In this document: piece by piece, positions 53,101-64,000 of the stretch | Layout of the letters: every line of letters starts with the position of its first letter | Position numbering within the stretch: the stretch's first letter is position 1 | Made by a program: the position numbers and the translations under genes | Notes under the pieces: generated by a model | Databases searched by the model: none | What the model was told of the DNA's origin: nothing | Seen by the model: only the letters and a program-made list of their open reading frames with translations | NCBI GenBank assembly: GCA_950097015.1 | Contig: CATNEN010000029.1 | Coordinates: 496,001 to 560,000, forward strand | Direction: 5' to 3' | Length of the DNA stretch: 64,000 bases | Origin: Macrostomum hystrix | Lineage: Eukaryota; Animalia; Platyhelminthes

Positions 53101-56100
53101 ACTCACCGAGAACGCCGCCAGCAAGGAACAGCAGCAGGGTGGCCAGCATGAGCAACCAGGCCAGTAGGAAGGCCAAGCCGCTGCCAGCCAGCAGCAGGTA
53201 GGCGGCCGCACCCCGATTGCAGCACCTGGCGTCATCGTAGGGAGCCTCACCGCAGCAGCCGAAAGCAAGGCCCAAATAGTACAGCACCAGTATAGCCAGG
53301 GCTAGGCTGGCCATGGAGGCGAAAACAATATGCCAGTAGGTGCTAACATCCGCGAAGAGGTCTTCAATGCTGCGATAAGGTTGGCTGCCACGGTTGGTCG
53401 GGCCCAGGCCGGCGGCCACATCGGCGCGAACAAATTCAACACTCTCCGCCAGGCGACCAGCCGCTGCCCAAACCGGTTCAAACTGGTCCGCTGGACTAGC
53501 CGAAGAATTCACAGTCGCAATGGCTTCGGCGATGGGACCATTGGTGGTGTCCAAGCGAGCGACTACCGCTTTGGCCAAGTCATCCAGGCTAGTCTCCGAT
53601 GCGGCCAGACTGTTCGAGAGGCGCCGTACTGCGCCGCTGACTGTGCCCACAGGCAGCCAGGGCGATAGCTGCGAGAAGAGAGAACACTTGTGCTAGATCT
53701 CTGATCCCAGAAACTCAACAAGACAAGTATCACCATAAATCGATACGATCTATAAAAAGCTAAAATCCTAATCATCCAGTAGAGACACAAATCCCAATCA
53801 TACAGTAGAGACACAAATCCCCAATCATCCAGTAGAGACACGTATCCCCAATCATCCAGTAGAGACACGTATCCTCAATCATCCAGTAGAGACACAAATC
53901 CTCAATCATCCAGTAGAGACACGTATCCTCAATCATCCAGAAGAGACACGTATCCCAATCATCCAGAAGAGACACGTATCCCCAATCATCCAGTAGAGAC
54001 ACGTATCCTCAATCATCCAGTAGAGACACGTATCCCCAATCATCCAGTAGAGACACGTATCCCCAATCATCCAGTAGAGACACGTATCCCCAATCATCCA
54101 GTAGAGACACGTATCCCAATCATCCAGTAGAGACACGTATCCTCAATCATCCAGTAGAGACACGTATCCTCAATCATCCAGTAGAGACACAGATTCCAAC
54201 AACTGACAAGAGTTCGCAGATTATAGCAAGGGATAGAAATCCAGAAACCTCAACTGGAGGCTTAATCCCCAATATTAAAGTGGAGCCGTTCGCTCACCTG
54301 AGCATTGCAAAGCTCAGGCGCAGAGTCCATATCGCCGCCCGGCCTCATCTTAGCCAGCCGGTCCCGCAGGAGCTCGCAGTCGCTGCGATCGGCGGCTTCT
54401 GGACAGCCGCCAACTTGTTGGTTTTGTCGCAGCAGTTCGCTAGCCTGCCTGAGCGTGTCATTCAAATGGCCAAGATCGTCCCGCAGAGCCGGCCAAGTCA
54501 TGCGCAAAGCGTCGGCCAGTCGTCCAGAATCGGCCAGCAGGTGAACAGCGGCGGTCGCGTTGTCTAGCGGGGCTCGAACTCCCAACCTGGCGACGAAGCG
54601 ATCGCGCAGTTGATTGGCAGCGGCTGCCACAGCCGGTCTGACCACGGCCGCGGCCAGGGCGGCTGTGCGGACGCTGTCATTCCTGGCCCGATCCGGGGCG
54701 GCCTGCAGCTGGGCGGCTGCGGCGGCCAGGCCCCGAGTTGCTTGGAGAAAGACGTAGTCTGGCCGTTTGGGATCTAGCGAGTTGCGCAACAGCTGATTGG
54801 AGATGAAGGCCAGGACAATGCCGCAGCTGGAGGGATGAGAAGAACAGTGCGTATTAACGATTGGCTCATTTAACACTTTTAACTAGTCGGCAAAATTTGA
54901 CACTGTTTAACATTCCTGGATTTTAATGTTTTTTGGGGTTTAACGTTTGTGGTTTTTAACGTTCCTGGGTTTAAACGTTTGTTTTTTAACCTTCTTGGGT
55001 TTTAACGTTAATGGGTTTAAACGCTCCTGGGTTTTAGCGTTAGTGGATTTGAAATGTTCCTTTGTTTTTTACGTTCCTGAGTTTAAACGTTTGTGTTTTT
55101 TAACGTTCCTGGGTTTTAACGTTCCTGAGTTTTAACGCTTGTGGATTTTAACGTTACTGGGTTTTAATGTTTTTGGTTTTTAACGTTCCTGGATTTTAAC
55201 GTTTCTGGTTTTTAACGTTCCTGGGTTTTAACGAGTGTGGGTTTTTAATGATTTTGTGTTTTCAAGTTTTCAGACTTTAACGTTTGAGACTTTTTTTACA
55301 TTTGTGGATATGAACGTTTGTGGGTTATGGAACATAATTTGCGTGAATTATTTAGCGCCTGATGATTAATTTACTAAGCATATTGTTTTTTATATTTAAA
55401 TTCTGCTAATTGAATAAATCATCAAGCCGAACTGAATAGCAGAAAAATTGTATTCCTCATCGAAAAAAATCTGGCTGGCGTTCTGGTTGAGTAAAAATAA
55501 ATTAACAGCCTGGGCAGGGTCAAACTCTTGATGTTATTTATGAGAAATATGTTTATGTTGATTAATCTATCCATAGTTAATATGAGGTATTATAATAAAC
55601 TTTAACCAACTAATTTTGTTGTTAATGATGACACACCGGAGATCCTGTATGTCTTCATTTTATCCCACATTTAGAATGTGGGATAAGACTGGTACTTAGC
55701 AGTTAGTTAAGTACCAGTACAAAATTTCTAACTAAATTAGAAGATTCGGTTGTAAGGCAGAGTGAAAAATATGTTTACAAAAGGAGTTTATTAATAGAAA
55801 AACAGCTAGTAGAAAACACTGAAATAGTTTATAGCGAAAGCTAAATCTGATTTCACTAGCTAAAGTTATCTAAAAACAGTTTTATAGAAAGCAACACAGA
55901 CTTGGACTCAAGACGCAGTACTGAAATTGCATCTTTAATTCTAGGTTAAACCTAAGCGGCGTGGTTTGCACATATAAAGAGCTTAGAGCTAAGCTTTTAT
56001 TCTCATAGTCAAGAACAAAGCCATGGCATTACCGTTGAAAGTATGAAATTAGTTTTTTAGGTCAATATATATATATATATATATATATATAAGAGCCTAG

Positions 56101-59100
56101 AATGATTGATAATGGCCTATGCAGCTGAGTTGACCAATTAGCACTGATTGGAAGAGCGCTGAGATTGCTAGCCTACATAATAGATGCTATCATTTAGGAT
56201 TCTATGAGCCAATTATTGGCATTTCAAAACTGCCACATAGCAGCTAGAGTTACAGACCGCAGTACTCACAGCATAACGGTGCACAAAACAGTCAGGGAGG
56301 CGCCGTAGCAGTTTCGCCTACACCTGGCGCCCTTTCTCTCCATGTGATGCAATCGGCCGCCGCATTTGCCGCAGCAGCAGCGGCAGCAGAACACGCAGCA
56401 GCCGGCCAATGGCACCGCTATGACAAATAATAGGCCCAGGCAGGTGAGAATGGCGTAGCCAAGCATGCTCAGTGCGTAGCGACGTGACGCCTGCAGAGAG
56501 ACATTTAGATAATTGCGTTATGGTCATCTGGGAAGGGAAGGGCGATGATTGAATGATCTGGGAGGGGAAGGGAGATGACTGAATGATCTGGGAGGGGAAG
56601 GGAGATGACTGAATGATCTGGGAGGGGAAGGGAGATGACTGAATGATCTGGGAGGGGAAGGGCAATGACTGAATGATCTGGGAGGGGAAGGGCGATGACT
56701 GAATGATCTGGGAGGGGAAGGGCAATGACTGAATGATCTGGGAGGGGAAGGGCAATGACTGAATGATCTGGGAGGGGAAGGGCGATGACTGAATGATCTG
56801 GGAGGGGAAGGGCAACTTGACTGAATGATCTGGGAGGGGAAGGGCAATGACTGAATGATCTGGGAGGGGAAGGGCAATGACTGAATGATCTGGGAGGGGA
56901 AGGGCAATGACTGAATGATCTGGGAGGGGAAGGGCGATGACTGAATGATCTGGGAGGGGAAGGGCAATGACTGAATGATCTGGGAGGGGAAGGGAGATGA
57001 CTGAATGATCTGGGAGGGGAAGGGAGATGACTGAATGATCTGGGAGGGGAAGGGCAATGACTGAATGATCTGGGAGGGGAAGGGCGATGACTGAATGATC
57101 TGGGAGGGGAAGGGCGATGACTGAATGATCTGGGAGGGGAAGGGAGATGACTGAATGATCTGGGAGGGGAAGGGAGATGACTGAATGATCTGGGAGGGGA
57201 AGGGCAATGACTGAATGATCTGGGAGGGGAAGGGCAATGACTGAATGATCTGGGAGGGGAAGGGCGATGACTGAATGATCTGGGAGGGGAAGGGCAACTT
57301 GACTGAATGATCTGGGAGGGGAAGGGCAATGACTGAATGATCTGGGAGGGGAAGGGCAATGACTGAATGATCTGGGAGGGGAAGGGCAATGACTGAATGA
57401 TCTGGGAGGGGAAGGGCGATGACTGAATGATCTGGGAGGGGAAGGGCAATGACTGAATGATCTGGGAGGGGAAGGGAGATGACTGAATGATCTGGGAGGG
57501 GAAGGGAGATGACTGAATGATCTGGGAGGGGAAGGGCAATGACTGAATGATCTGGGAGGGGAAGGGCGATGACTGAATGATCTGGGAGGGGAAGGGAGAT
57601 GACTGAATGATCTGGGAGGGGAAGGGAGATGACTGAATGATCTGGGAGGGGAAGGGCAATGACTGAATGATCTGGGAGGGGAAGGGCAACTTGACTGAAT
57701 GATCTGGGAGGGGAAGGGCAATGACTGAATGATCTGGGAGGGGAAGGGCAATGACTGAATGATCTGGGAGGGGAAGGGCAATGACTGAATGATCTGGGAG
57801 GGGAAGGGCGATGACTGAATGATCTGGGAGGGGAAGGGCGATGACTGAATGATCTGGGAGGGGAAGGGCAATGACTGAATGATCTGGGAGGGGAAGGGAG
57901 ATGACTGAATGATCTGGGAGGGGAAGGGAGATGACTGAATGATCTGGGAGGGGAAGGGCAATGACTGAATGATCTGGGAGGGGAAGGGCAATGACTGAAT
58001 GATCTGGGAGGGGAAGGGCAATGACTGAATGATCTGGGAGGGGAAGGGCGATGACTGAATGATCTGGGAGGGGAAGGGCAATGACTGAATGATCTGGGAG
58101 GGGAAGGGCAACTTGACTGAATGATCTGGGAGGGGAAGGGCAATGACTGAATGATCTGGGAGGGGAAGGGCAATGACTGAATGATCTGGGAGGGGAAGGG
58201 CAATGACTGAATGATCTGGGAGGGGAAGGGCGATGACTGAATGATCTGGGAGGGGAAGGGCAATGACTGAATGATCTGGGAGGGGAAGGGCGATGACTGA
58301 ATGATCTGGGAGGGGAAGGGCAATGACTGAATGATCTGGGAGGGGAAGGGCAATGACTGAATGATCTGGGAGGGGAAGGGCAATGACTGAATGATCTGGG
58401 AGGGTAATGGCGTTGGGTCACAGGTCTGGTTGTAGTGGTGTGACAAGTGCAATTGTTCCATTACATTTACCTTGGTTTTATTATTTTCTGTGTTTGCCAT
58501 AGCCGAATGGGCTGGACAAACAGTATTTCTTATTACTGGGCAAACAGTGTGAGTGCAATTTATGGAGACGTGATGAAAATAAAACTGTAAATTGACATAG
58601 CTTCAAAAGAGCATTAAAACTGTATTACCTTTTGCCAGTCAGAAAAGTACTCCACAACCAGGCTGTGATCTAAAATTAATAAGCAGAAATATCGAGACTT
58701 GATCACCTCAAATCCCTGTAAAAAAATTCGGCTGCTTCTTCGGCGGTTTTTTTGGTGCAAAATAGGAGTGGAATCAACCATAATCCCCCCTATCTCGCAA
58801 GAGTTAAAGAAACCACCCAGGAAGCAGCCGATGTAACCGTAAATTGTGCGGAAACCGCCGAAGAATCACCCGAACCAGTGGCCCATGGGACAACCAGAGA
58901 ATTATTTACGGGCGATTCCTCGGCGGTTTCTGAGCATGGAATCTTCCGAACTGGAGGATTCTTTGGGTGATTCCATTTCGCCACCAAGAAGCACCGAGAA
59001 AACGCCCAGTTGGGTAGATTCTAAGCATGGAATCATCCGATTGGTATGTTTCCAGCGTTCGGCTGTTTCTTTTTCTGGAAACACCGCAGATCCAACTGGA

Positions 59101-59453
59101 ATCACCCAAAGAAACATCCCTATTTTTTAGCGGGATAATTTTGATAGCTTGACAGACAATACATTTAGTCTAATTTGTTCTTTGTTACCACACTAGAAGT
59201 TGCACTTACTCATTAGCATGCGAGTAGCCTCTTCTAGAATGCTAACCGATTTGTCAACTGGTTGGATTAGGTCCAGGAAGTTTTCAGTTAGGCGATAGAA
59301 TGGCTCAACTGATTTCTCAAGTGGAGTGTTTGGCTCGCCATTTTCAGTAGCAGCTAGCTGTTTAGTGCAGTCACAATGGCCAGTCCATAGGAGCAGCAGA
59401 GCAAGCAGCAGCACAGCAGATGAATGACACATGCTGCACTTTAAACTAGACAT
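48216..59453 (-). CDS. PROM: Prominin (pentaspan membrane glycoprotein, CD133 family), 992 aa
   Basis: complement(join(48216..48493,50041..50078,50454..50507,51768..52779,53107..53668,54298..54826,56270..56490,58629..58669,59210..59453)), 2979 nt, all GT-AG with consistent phases. Signal peptide, TM1 followed by CCVFCCRCCCGKCGG, YYLGLAFGCCG..CCNRG between TM3 and TM4, FNGFWAGLG at TM5, and a Gln-rich tail. Confidence 0.93.
49010..49497. repeat. 30-bp minisatellite (CACTTCCGCTAATTTGGGTAGTGCTCACCT)n in prominin intron 8
   Basis: About 16 copies. The leftmost unit is a 36-bp-family unit. Confidence 0.96.
50128..50179. repeat. (CAGT)n microsatellite in prominin intron 7
   Basis: Direct reading. 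Confidence 0.95.
50560..51420. repeat. 23-bp minisatellite (CCATCAAGTTATCCAATCCCACC)n in prominin intron 6
   Basis: Homogeneous core at ~50820-51240 with degenerate flanks on both sides. Confidence 0.95.
52912..53090. repeat. 21-bp minisatellite (GTGTTAGACAAAGTGTTGTCA)n in prominin intron 5
   Basis: About 8 copies. Confidence 0.93.
53765..54192. repeat. 26/27-bp minisatellite (AATCATCCAGTAGAGACACGTATCCCC)n in prominin intron 4
   Basis: About 16 copies. Confidence 0.94.
54905..55325. repeat. Degenerate ~18-bp repeat (TTTAACGTTCCTGGGTT-like) in prominin intron 3
   Basis: Recurrent TTTAACGTT cores with variable spacers. Confidence 0.8.
56523..58405. repeat. 30-bp minisatellite (ATGACTGAATGATCTGGGAGGGGAAGGGCA)n in prominin intron 2
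   Basis: About 62 copies. A +2-bp variant recurs at 56815, 57297, 57689 and 58111. Confidence 0.98.
58714..59134. mobile_element. Probable MITE (CMC/EnSpm-like ends) in prominin intron 1
   Basis: Imperfect TIR (CCCTGTAAAAAAAT versus reverse-complement CCCGCTAAAAAAT), AT flanking both ends, internal inverted GAATCACCCAAAGAA / TTCTTTGGGTGATTC motifs, non-coding. Confidence 0.45.
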
Positions 59454-59853
59454 TTTGAATTCTTGTGTATATTGGTGTGCCTATCAAAACAGATTATGAT
59501 ATAGACTTAAATAATGAGTAATAACTTGCAGACAGTGTTGTACACCCCACTGTCACCTCTGTTAATTGTCAGGCGTAGCAATTTAGAAGCCTTTTTGTGC
59601 TGCAAGGATAAATTTGGGTTTAATCAAATATATTATTATTAGCTCAACACATGTAATAAAAAGATGGAATGTTATAGCTAAGTGTGGCAAGAAAGAATTA
59701 TATTGTTATTTATAATAATAGATAGGAAAGATAAGAATATTTAAAAACAAGCAAAAACAAAACAAAGGGGCATATGTGTCGTTTCATTCATAAAACTATT
59801 TTTCAAATTTCGAAAATTTCGAATTAAAAATTAAATTATTTTAAATAAACAAG

Positions 59854-60216
59854 TGCATCATGTGCCCAGTACCAAAACGCCAGGCACAGACCCTGTTGCC
59901 CATAATCCAGGCCCACGTTCAACCTGGTACCCGCATCATAACGGATGGCTAGAAAGTGTATTATGCTGCATTGCCCAATCACACCTTCGTCAACCATTGG
60001 TTGAACTTTGTCAACCCAGGGGACCCAACGGTGCACACTAACCTGATAGAGGGCACCTGGGCTCACACAAAGCGCAAATTCCGCCAGATGTATGGAACAA
60101 GGGACTCCCTGTTCGAGATGCACCTACAGGAATACCTGTGGTGCAGTTTCTGTGCCCAGTGCTTACATGCTTCCTATGGTATGTTGCCCAGTAATATCCA
60201 CTTTAAAAGAAGCTAA
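59854..60216 (+). pseudogene. Merlin/IS1595-like (ISXO2 domain) transposase relic
   Basis: ..TLLPIIQAHVQPGTRIITDG*KVY..HTFVNHWLNFVNPGDPTVHTNLIEGTWAHTKRKF..HLQEYLW. Premature TAG (59950) replaces the conserved Trp; 5'-truncated. Confidence 0.85.
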
Positions 60217-60479
60217 CAATCAACCTGGCATTCGTCCTTGTTAAATTTGTTATTCCCACTCATTATTCATTACTGAAATTACTTGCAGTTTTGTTTTCCA
60301 AAAAGAAAATAATTTAAGAAACTAAATGACACATGCCAACAAAGGATATATATAAACAAGCTTTGCAATACATATGTATTACATTATAAGTAATAGACAT
60401 GGGCCATAGGGCAAAAGGGTAATATTTGTGACACTAACTGGCTGCAACCATAGGCAAAGTCTAATAGTGATATTTTACA

Positions 60480-61770
60480 CAGTGTTGGGCAACCTTCCGG
60501 CACTTCCGGCACTTTTTGTGCCGGAAGTTACTGTTTTTTAAAGCGGCACTTTTTTCCGGTTCTTTTTTTTGTAGTGCCGGACTAGGGTATCGGAAGTTAC
60601 TTTTTGTTAAGTCCGGTACTTCCGGCACTTTTTTAAATGCAGAGAAAAAAAGAGAAAGAAAGTAAAGAAAACATACAAATTGAAAGAATTTTCATATCAT
60701 CAGTTCATAATGTCGTAAGAAATGCCGAGAAATTTCGAATTTTATTTAGTTGGTGAATTTTAACAACTTTTTGGTTCTTTAAAAAATTAAATTTTTAATT
60801 CGAGCAAAGCGAGCACCTCTTGCCGACGCGACACTAAACCGCCTTGTACTACTTCGCGGCAACAGGCATTTGATGTGAATTGTGACAACATGACTGTCTA
60901 TATCTAGCTTTTACACTAGTGCTAAAGCTTTCAAGTTTAAATTACGGGGGTTCCTTTTAAGAAGCATGCAAACTTTTTTTCTCAGCTGTTAACCTAGGCT
61001 AAATTGTCTAAATGTCAAAGTAGTTTTTTCAGGGCTTAAAAGGTTATTGAATTAATAAAGGTAATTATCAGCAGGGCAGCAGCGCCACTAGAGCTACTCT
61101 TTCCACCTTTTTAGAGTTGTCACTTTATGTCATTAGTTTGTAAGACTTGTGTTGTTAGTTATTCAGTGGTGTGATTGAGGCGCGAATATGAGATTTCTGA
61201 GGGCAGGCTCGAATTATCGTCAAACAGAGGCGCAATTTTTCAATTTTCGAATTTTCATTTTTTACTGATCACGTTTAGTCTATTTGCGCACGCTTTATTC
61301 AAATTTAAACTTAATGTAATGTTATGGTGTAAAATACATGCAAATCTAATTTTTTTTCAGCTTTTTTAGTTGCGCAGGCCAAACTTTTGAGTGGTAATTG
61401 GTAAAGTTCTGCCATAGCAAGGATTGAACCTTAGTGCTGGAAAAAGAAGCAAAAACCATAAAAATATAGGTTTTCAGAAATTAATTTTTCGTTTTCAATA
61501 ATTTCATTTAATCATTTTCCACTTGGTTTTACTCTAGACAAGTTGGCAGTTGCAAAGGCATGTTATTATTGGTTTTTTAATAATAAAAACATAATTAAGC
61601 CCTTCTTTAACACGCGATTTTTCAAAAGTAGAAAGTACCGGTGCCGAAGAACTGGAAGTTACTTTTATTTTCGAGTGCCGGTACCGGAACTACTACCGGA
61701 AGTTACTTTCTTTAGAACCGGTAGTTACTTGACCGGAAGTTACTTTTTTAAAGTAACTTGCCCAACACTG
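60480..61770. mobile_element. Non-autonomous hAT-superfamily DNA transposon, 1291 bp
   Basis: 13-bp perfect TIR CAGTGTTGGGCAA, perfect 8-bp TSD ATTTTACA (60472-60479 and 61771-61778), clustered subterminal CCGGAAGT/ACTTCCGG repeats, no transposase ORF. Confidence 0.92.
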
Positions 61771-63414
61771 ATTTTACATGCTGGCAATTCAGCTGGCCAA
61801 CAACTAGACTTGAAGGCACATTCTCACTACAAGTGTGAAATTATAAAAAACAGACCAGAACACAATATAAATTACTATAATTGATTAGAAATCGATTACC
61901 AATTATTTTTCTTTTGGGTGATAAAAGAACATACTTCTAAGCCTTAAAAATAGTAAAAAATGCTTACAATTTAACTAAATACAATACTGCCAATATCTCA
62001 TATCTCCTTGAATCCTTAATAGATGATGATTATTAATTTGATTTATCATTCTATATCCTCAATATCTCAACTTAAATATAGTCAACTTTTAATACTATAA
62101 ATGTATTATTTATGTATTTTCAATTGGCGTTTGATTATTCATCTGGTTAACTGAGTTATAACTTATAACTAAGTTATAAGGGGTTGTAGCGCTACCACGA
62201 GAACCTCTATCATCATACATGCGCAACCTCCCAAATCTTAGCCGGCTGTGTGACTTAGTTTTTGCTCTATTTATGACTTAGTCTGCTCTCATTTGCGACT
62301 TAGTTCGTTTCATTGCTCTATTTATGACTTAGTTTGCTCTCATTTGCTCTCTTTTTCTCTCCCCTTTTTCCTTTTCTTCACGCCTTCCTTTTTTGTCCCT
62401 TGGTCCCCCCTTTGATTTTTTTGCGCTTGGTCAATTGGTTTTTGCAATTTACCTTGCTTGGCCCTCGTTTCACCCAGCCGGTTTGGCCAGGTCGGCCGGG
62501 TGTTGCACATGTATGTCTATCATTTGTAAGATAAAATAATTAACAAGCTGCAAAAGGACAGTCATTCAGATTTGAAGTTTGTGTCTCAAATTATTTTTGC
62601 TTATCAGCTAATTAAAAAAATTTAAAACCTTTTCCAGAAATTTGGTTGTTTCAGGGACTAACTTGGTTCAAGGGTATAGTTTGGTCTTTGTGAGGTCAAG
62701 ACTCAAGATGGCTCTCAGCAGGGCAAGAGTGGTCTTTGGGAGGATTGTTGCTCCTGCTTGTTGAAAAGGGAGAAATTAAGTCCTTGGGTGGTTAACCATG
62801 TAACTGGACGAATAATCAAACTACCTTTTCAATTATATTAATGTAGGCCCACCATCCATCCTATTTACCCCTTACTATATACTAAAAATGTCTACAAAAT
62901 AATTATTTAGCTTTGACTTTAAAATGCTAGCTAGGCCTAAAGCACAAATTCTAAATATTTCAATCAGTTACAGTCATAGTTTTGGGCACAGTTAATTGCT
63001 GAATGAAAAAATCTTACTAATGTTGCTGAAGAAAACAATTAGGGCCTAAGCCCTAAGGTTAAGACAAAAAGTACCTAAAAGAAAACATTAACAAAAAAAA
63101 TTAAAAATTGCTCCTAAACTAGAGATTCTAACTTACATGAATAAATTTAGCATTATCTATCCTAGTTCTAGTTCTGAACAATGTCAAGGTAGATAATCTG
63201 TGTCAGTCAGAGAGCTAACATGATAAAGAAGAGCTGCTAGGCCTAGGCCTAGAAATACTTAGGCCTAAGGCAATCTTGCAGTTTTGCATGTTTAATTTTT
63301 TTAAATTTTAAATTGTTTCAGACAGCAACATAACGAAACACAACATAACAAAATGCAACAGGAGACAACAAGAGACAGTCAGACACATGCTAGAAACCTC
63401 AGAGTCTGCACCAA

Positions 63415-63850
63415 TTACACGGGGTAGTAGTGAGCCACCCAGAATAGAAGATTCCCGAAGATCTTCCATGGGAAGCACCGGCACCAGAGAAACTCTTCTA
63501 GGTGTGTCTCGAATAGCACCTTTGATGTTCCATGCATCTGTATGGACCACAGTCTGGCCTTGACATGGGCCGATGTGCCTTCAATGGTGTTGGTATGGAC
63601 CATTGGATTGTTGGGGTCCACAAAGTTGAGCCAGTGATTGACAGTCACATGGTTTGCCACTTGCCAGTTGGTTGGCTTGATGATCCGATGGTCCATGATG
63701 ATCCGACTGCCAAGAAGCACATGACGGGCAATTATTTGCAGAAGAGTTGCCGCCAACCTGTCCCGAACAGCCACCATCATGCAGCAGTTGGAACCACACT
63801 CAATCATCCCGAGCACCCACTGCCCAAATGATGTGTAACACGTTCTGGCA
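63415..63850 (-). pseudogene. Second Merlin/IS1595-like transposase relic
   Basis: QWVLGMIECG..VAVRDRLAATLLQIIARHVLLGSRIIMD..HVTVNHWLNFVDPNNPMVHTNTIEG..HLEEFLW. The region around the second catalytic Asp is degraded and the N-terminus is missing. Confidence 0.85.
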
Positions 63851-64000
63851 CCATTTTGAAAATAAAAATAATTAAATGTGCGAAACTGCAAAATTGCCAG
63901 GCCTAATACTAGAGTAAGTTTAGTGCAATGATTTATTGCATTTAAGTATTATATGCATTCTAATACTTTCAGTTAAAGTTATAGGCATTTTTTAAATTAA

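Noticed and set aside
56318-58500. Three overlapping ~600-aa minus-strand ORFs
   Set aside because: Intronic 30-bp array. The prominin exons on either side join in phase 0 without it.
37566-59453. Functional ciliary gene cluster (DNAL4 plus prominin)
   Set aside because: Two genes 9 kb apart with no shared regulatory evidence; chance adjacency is sufficient.

Overview
Eukaryotic (metazoan invertebrate) genomic DNA, not prokaryotic. It contains three confidently reconstructed intron-containing genes: TBL1X/TBL1XR1 (ebi) on + (9 exons, 506 aa), DNAL4 on - (3 exons, 104 aa) and a prominin on - (9 exons, 992 aa). There is also the 5' part of an unidentified gene at ~6.7-8.4 kb (-) and a few orphan exon-like ORFs. 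Mobile elements: a 4.5-kb Ty3/Gypsy LTR retrotransposon with CsRn1/Kabuki-type CHCC gag, tRNA-iMet PBS and no TSD; tRNA-headed SINEs, two with a CORE-like domain; a 1.3-kb non-autonomous hAT element with an 8-bp TSD; a probable CMC/EnSpm-like MITE; two decayed Merlin/IS1595-like transposase relics; and a probable LINE 3' remnant. The dominant feature is that roughly 47% of the window (about 30 kb, by hand count) is made of ~16 different minisatellite arrays, all with 17-36-bp units. Most introns longer than ~300 bp in TBL1X and prominin carry their own distinct array, and the window shows the range from 3-copy proto-repeats to a 13.5-kb array with kb-scale higher-order duplications. The style resembles the simple-repeat-rich flatworm Macrostomum, but the species cannot be established from sequence alone. 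Frameshifts concentrate in multi-copy DNA while the three reconstructed genes are intact, which suggests unpolished long-read errors in repeats.
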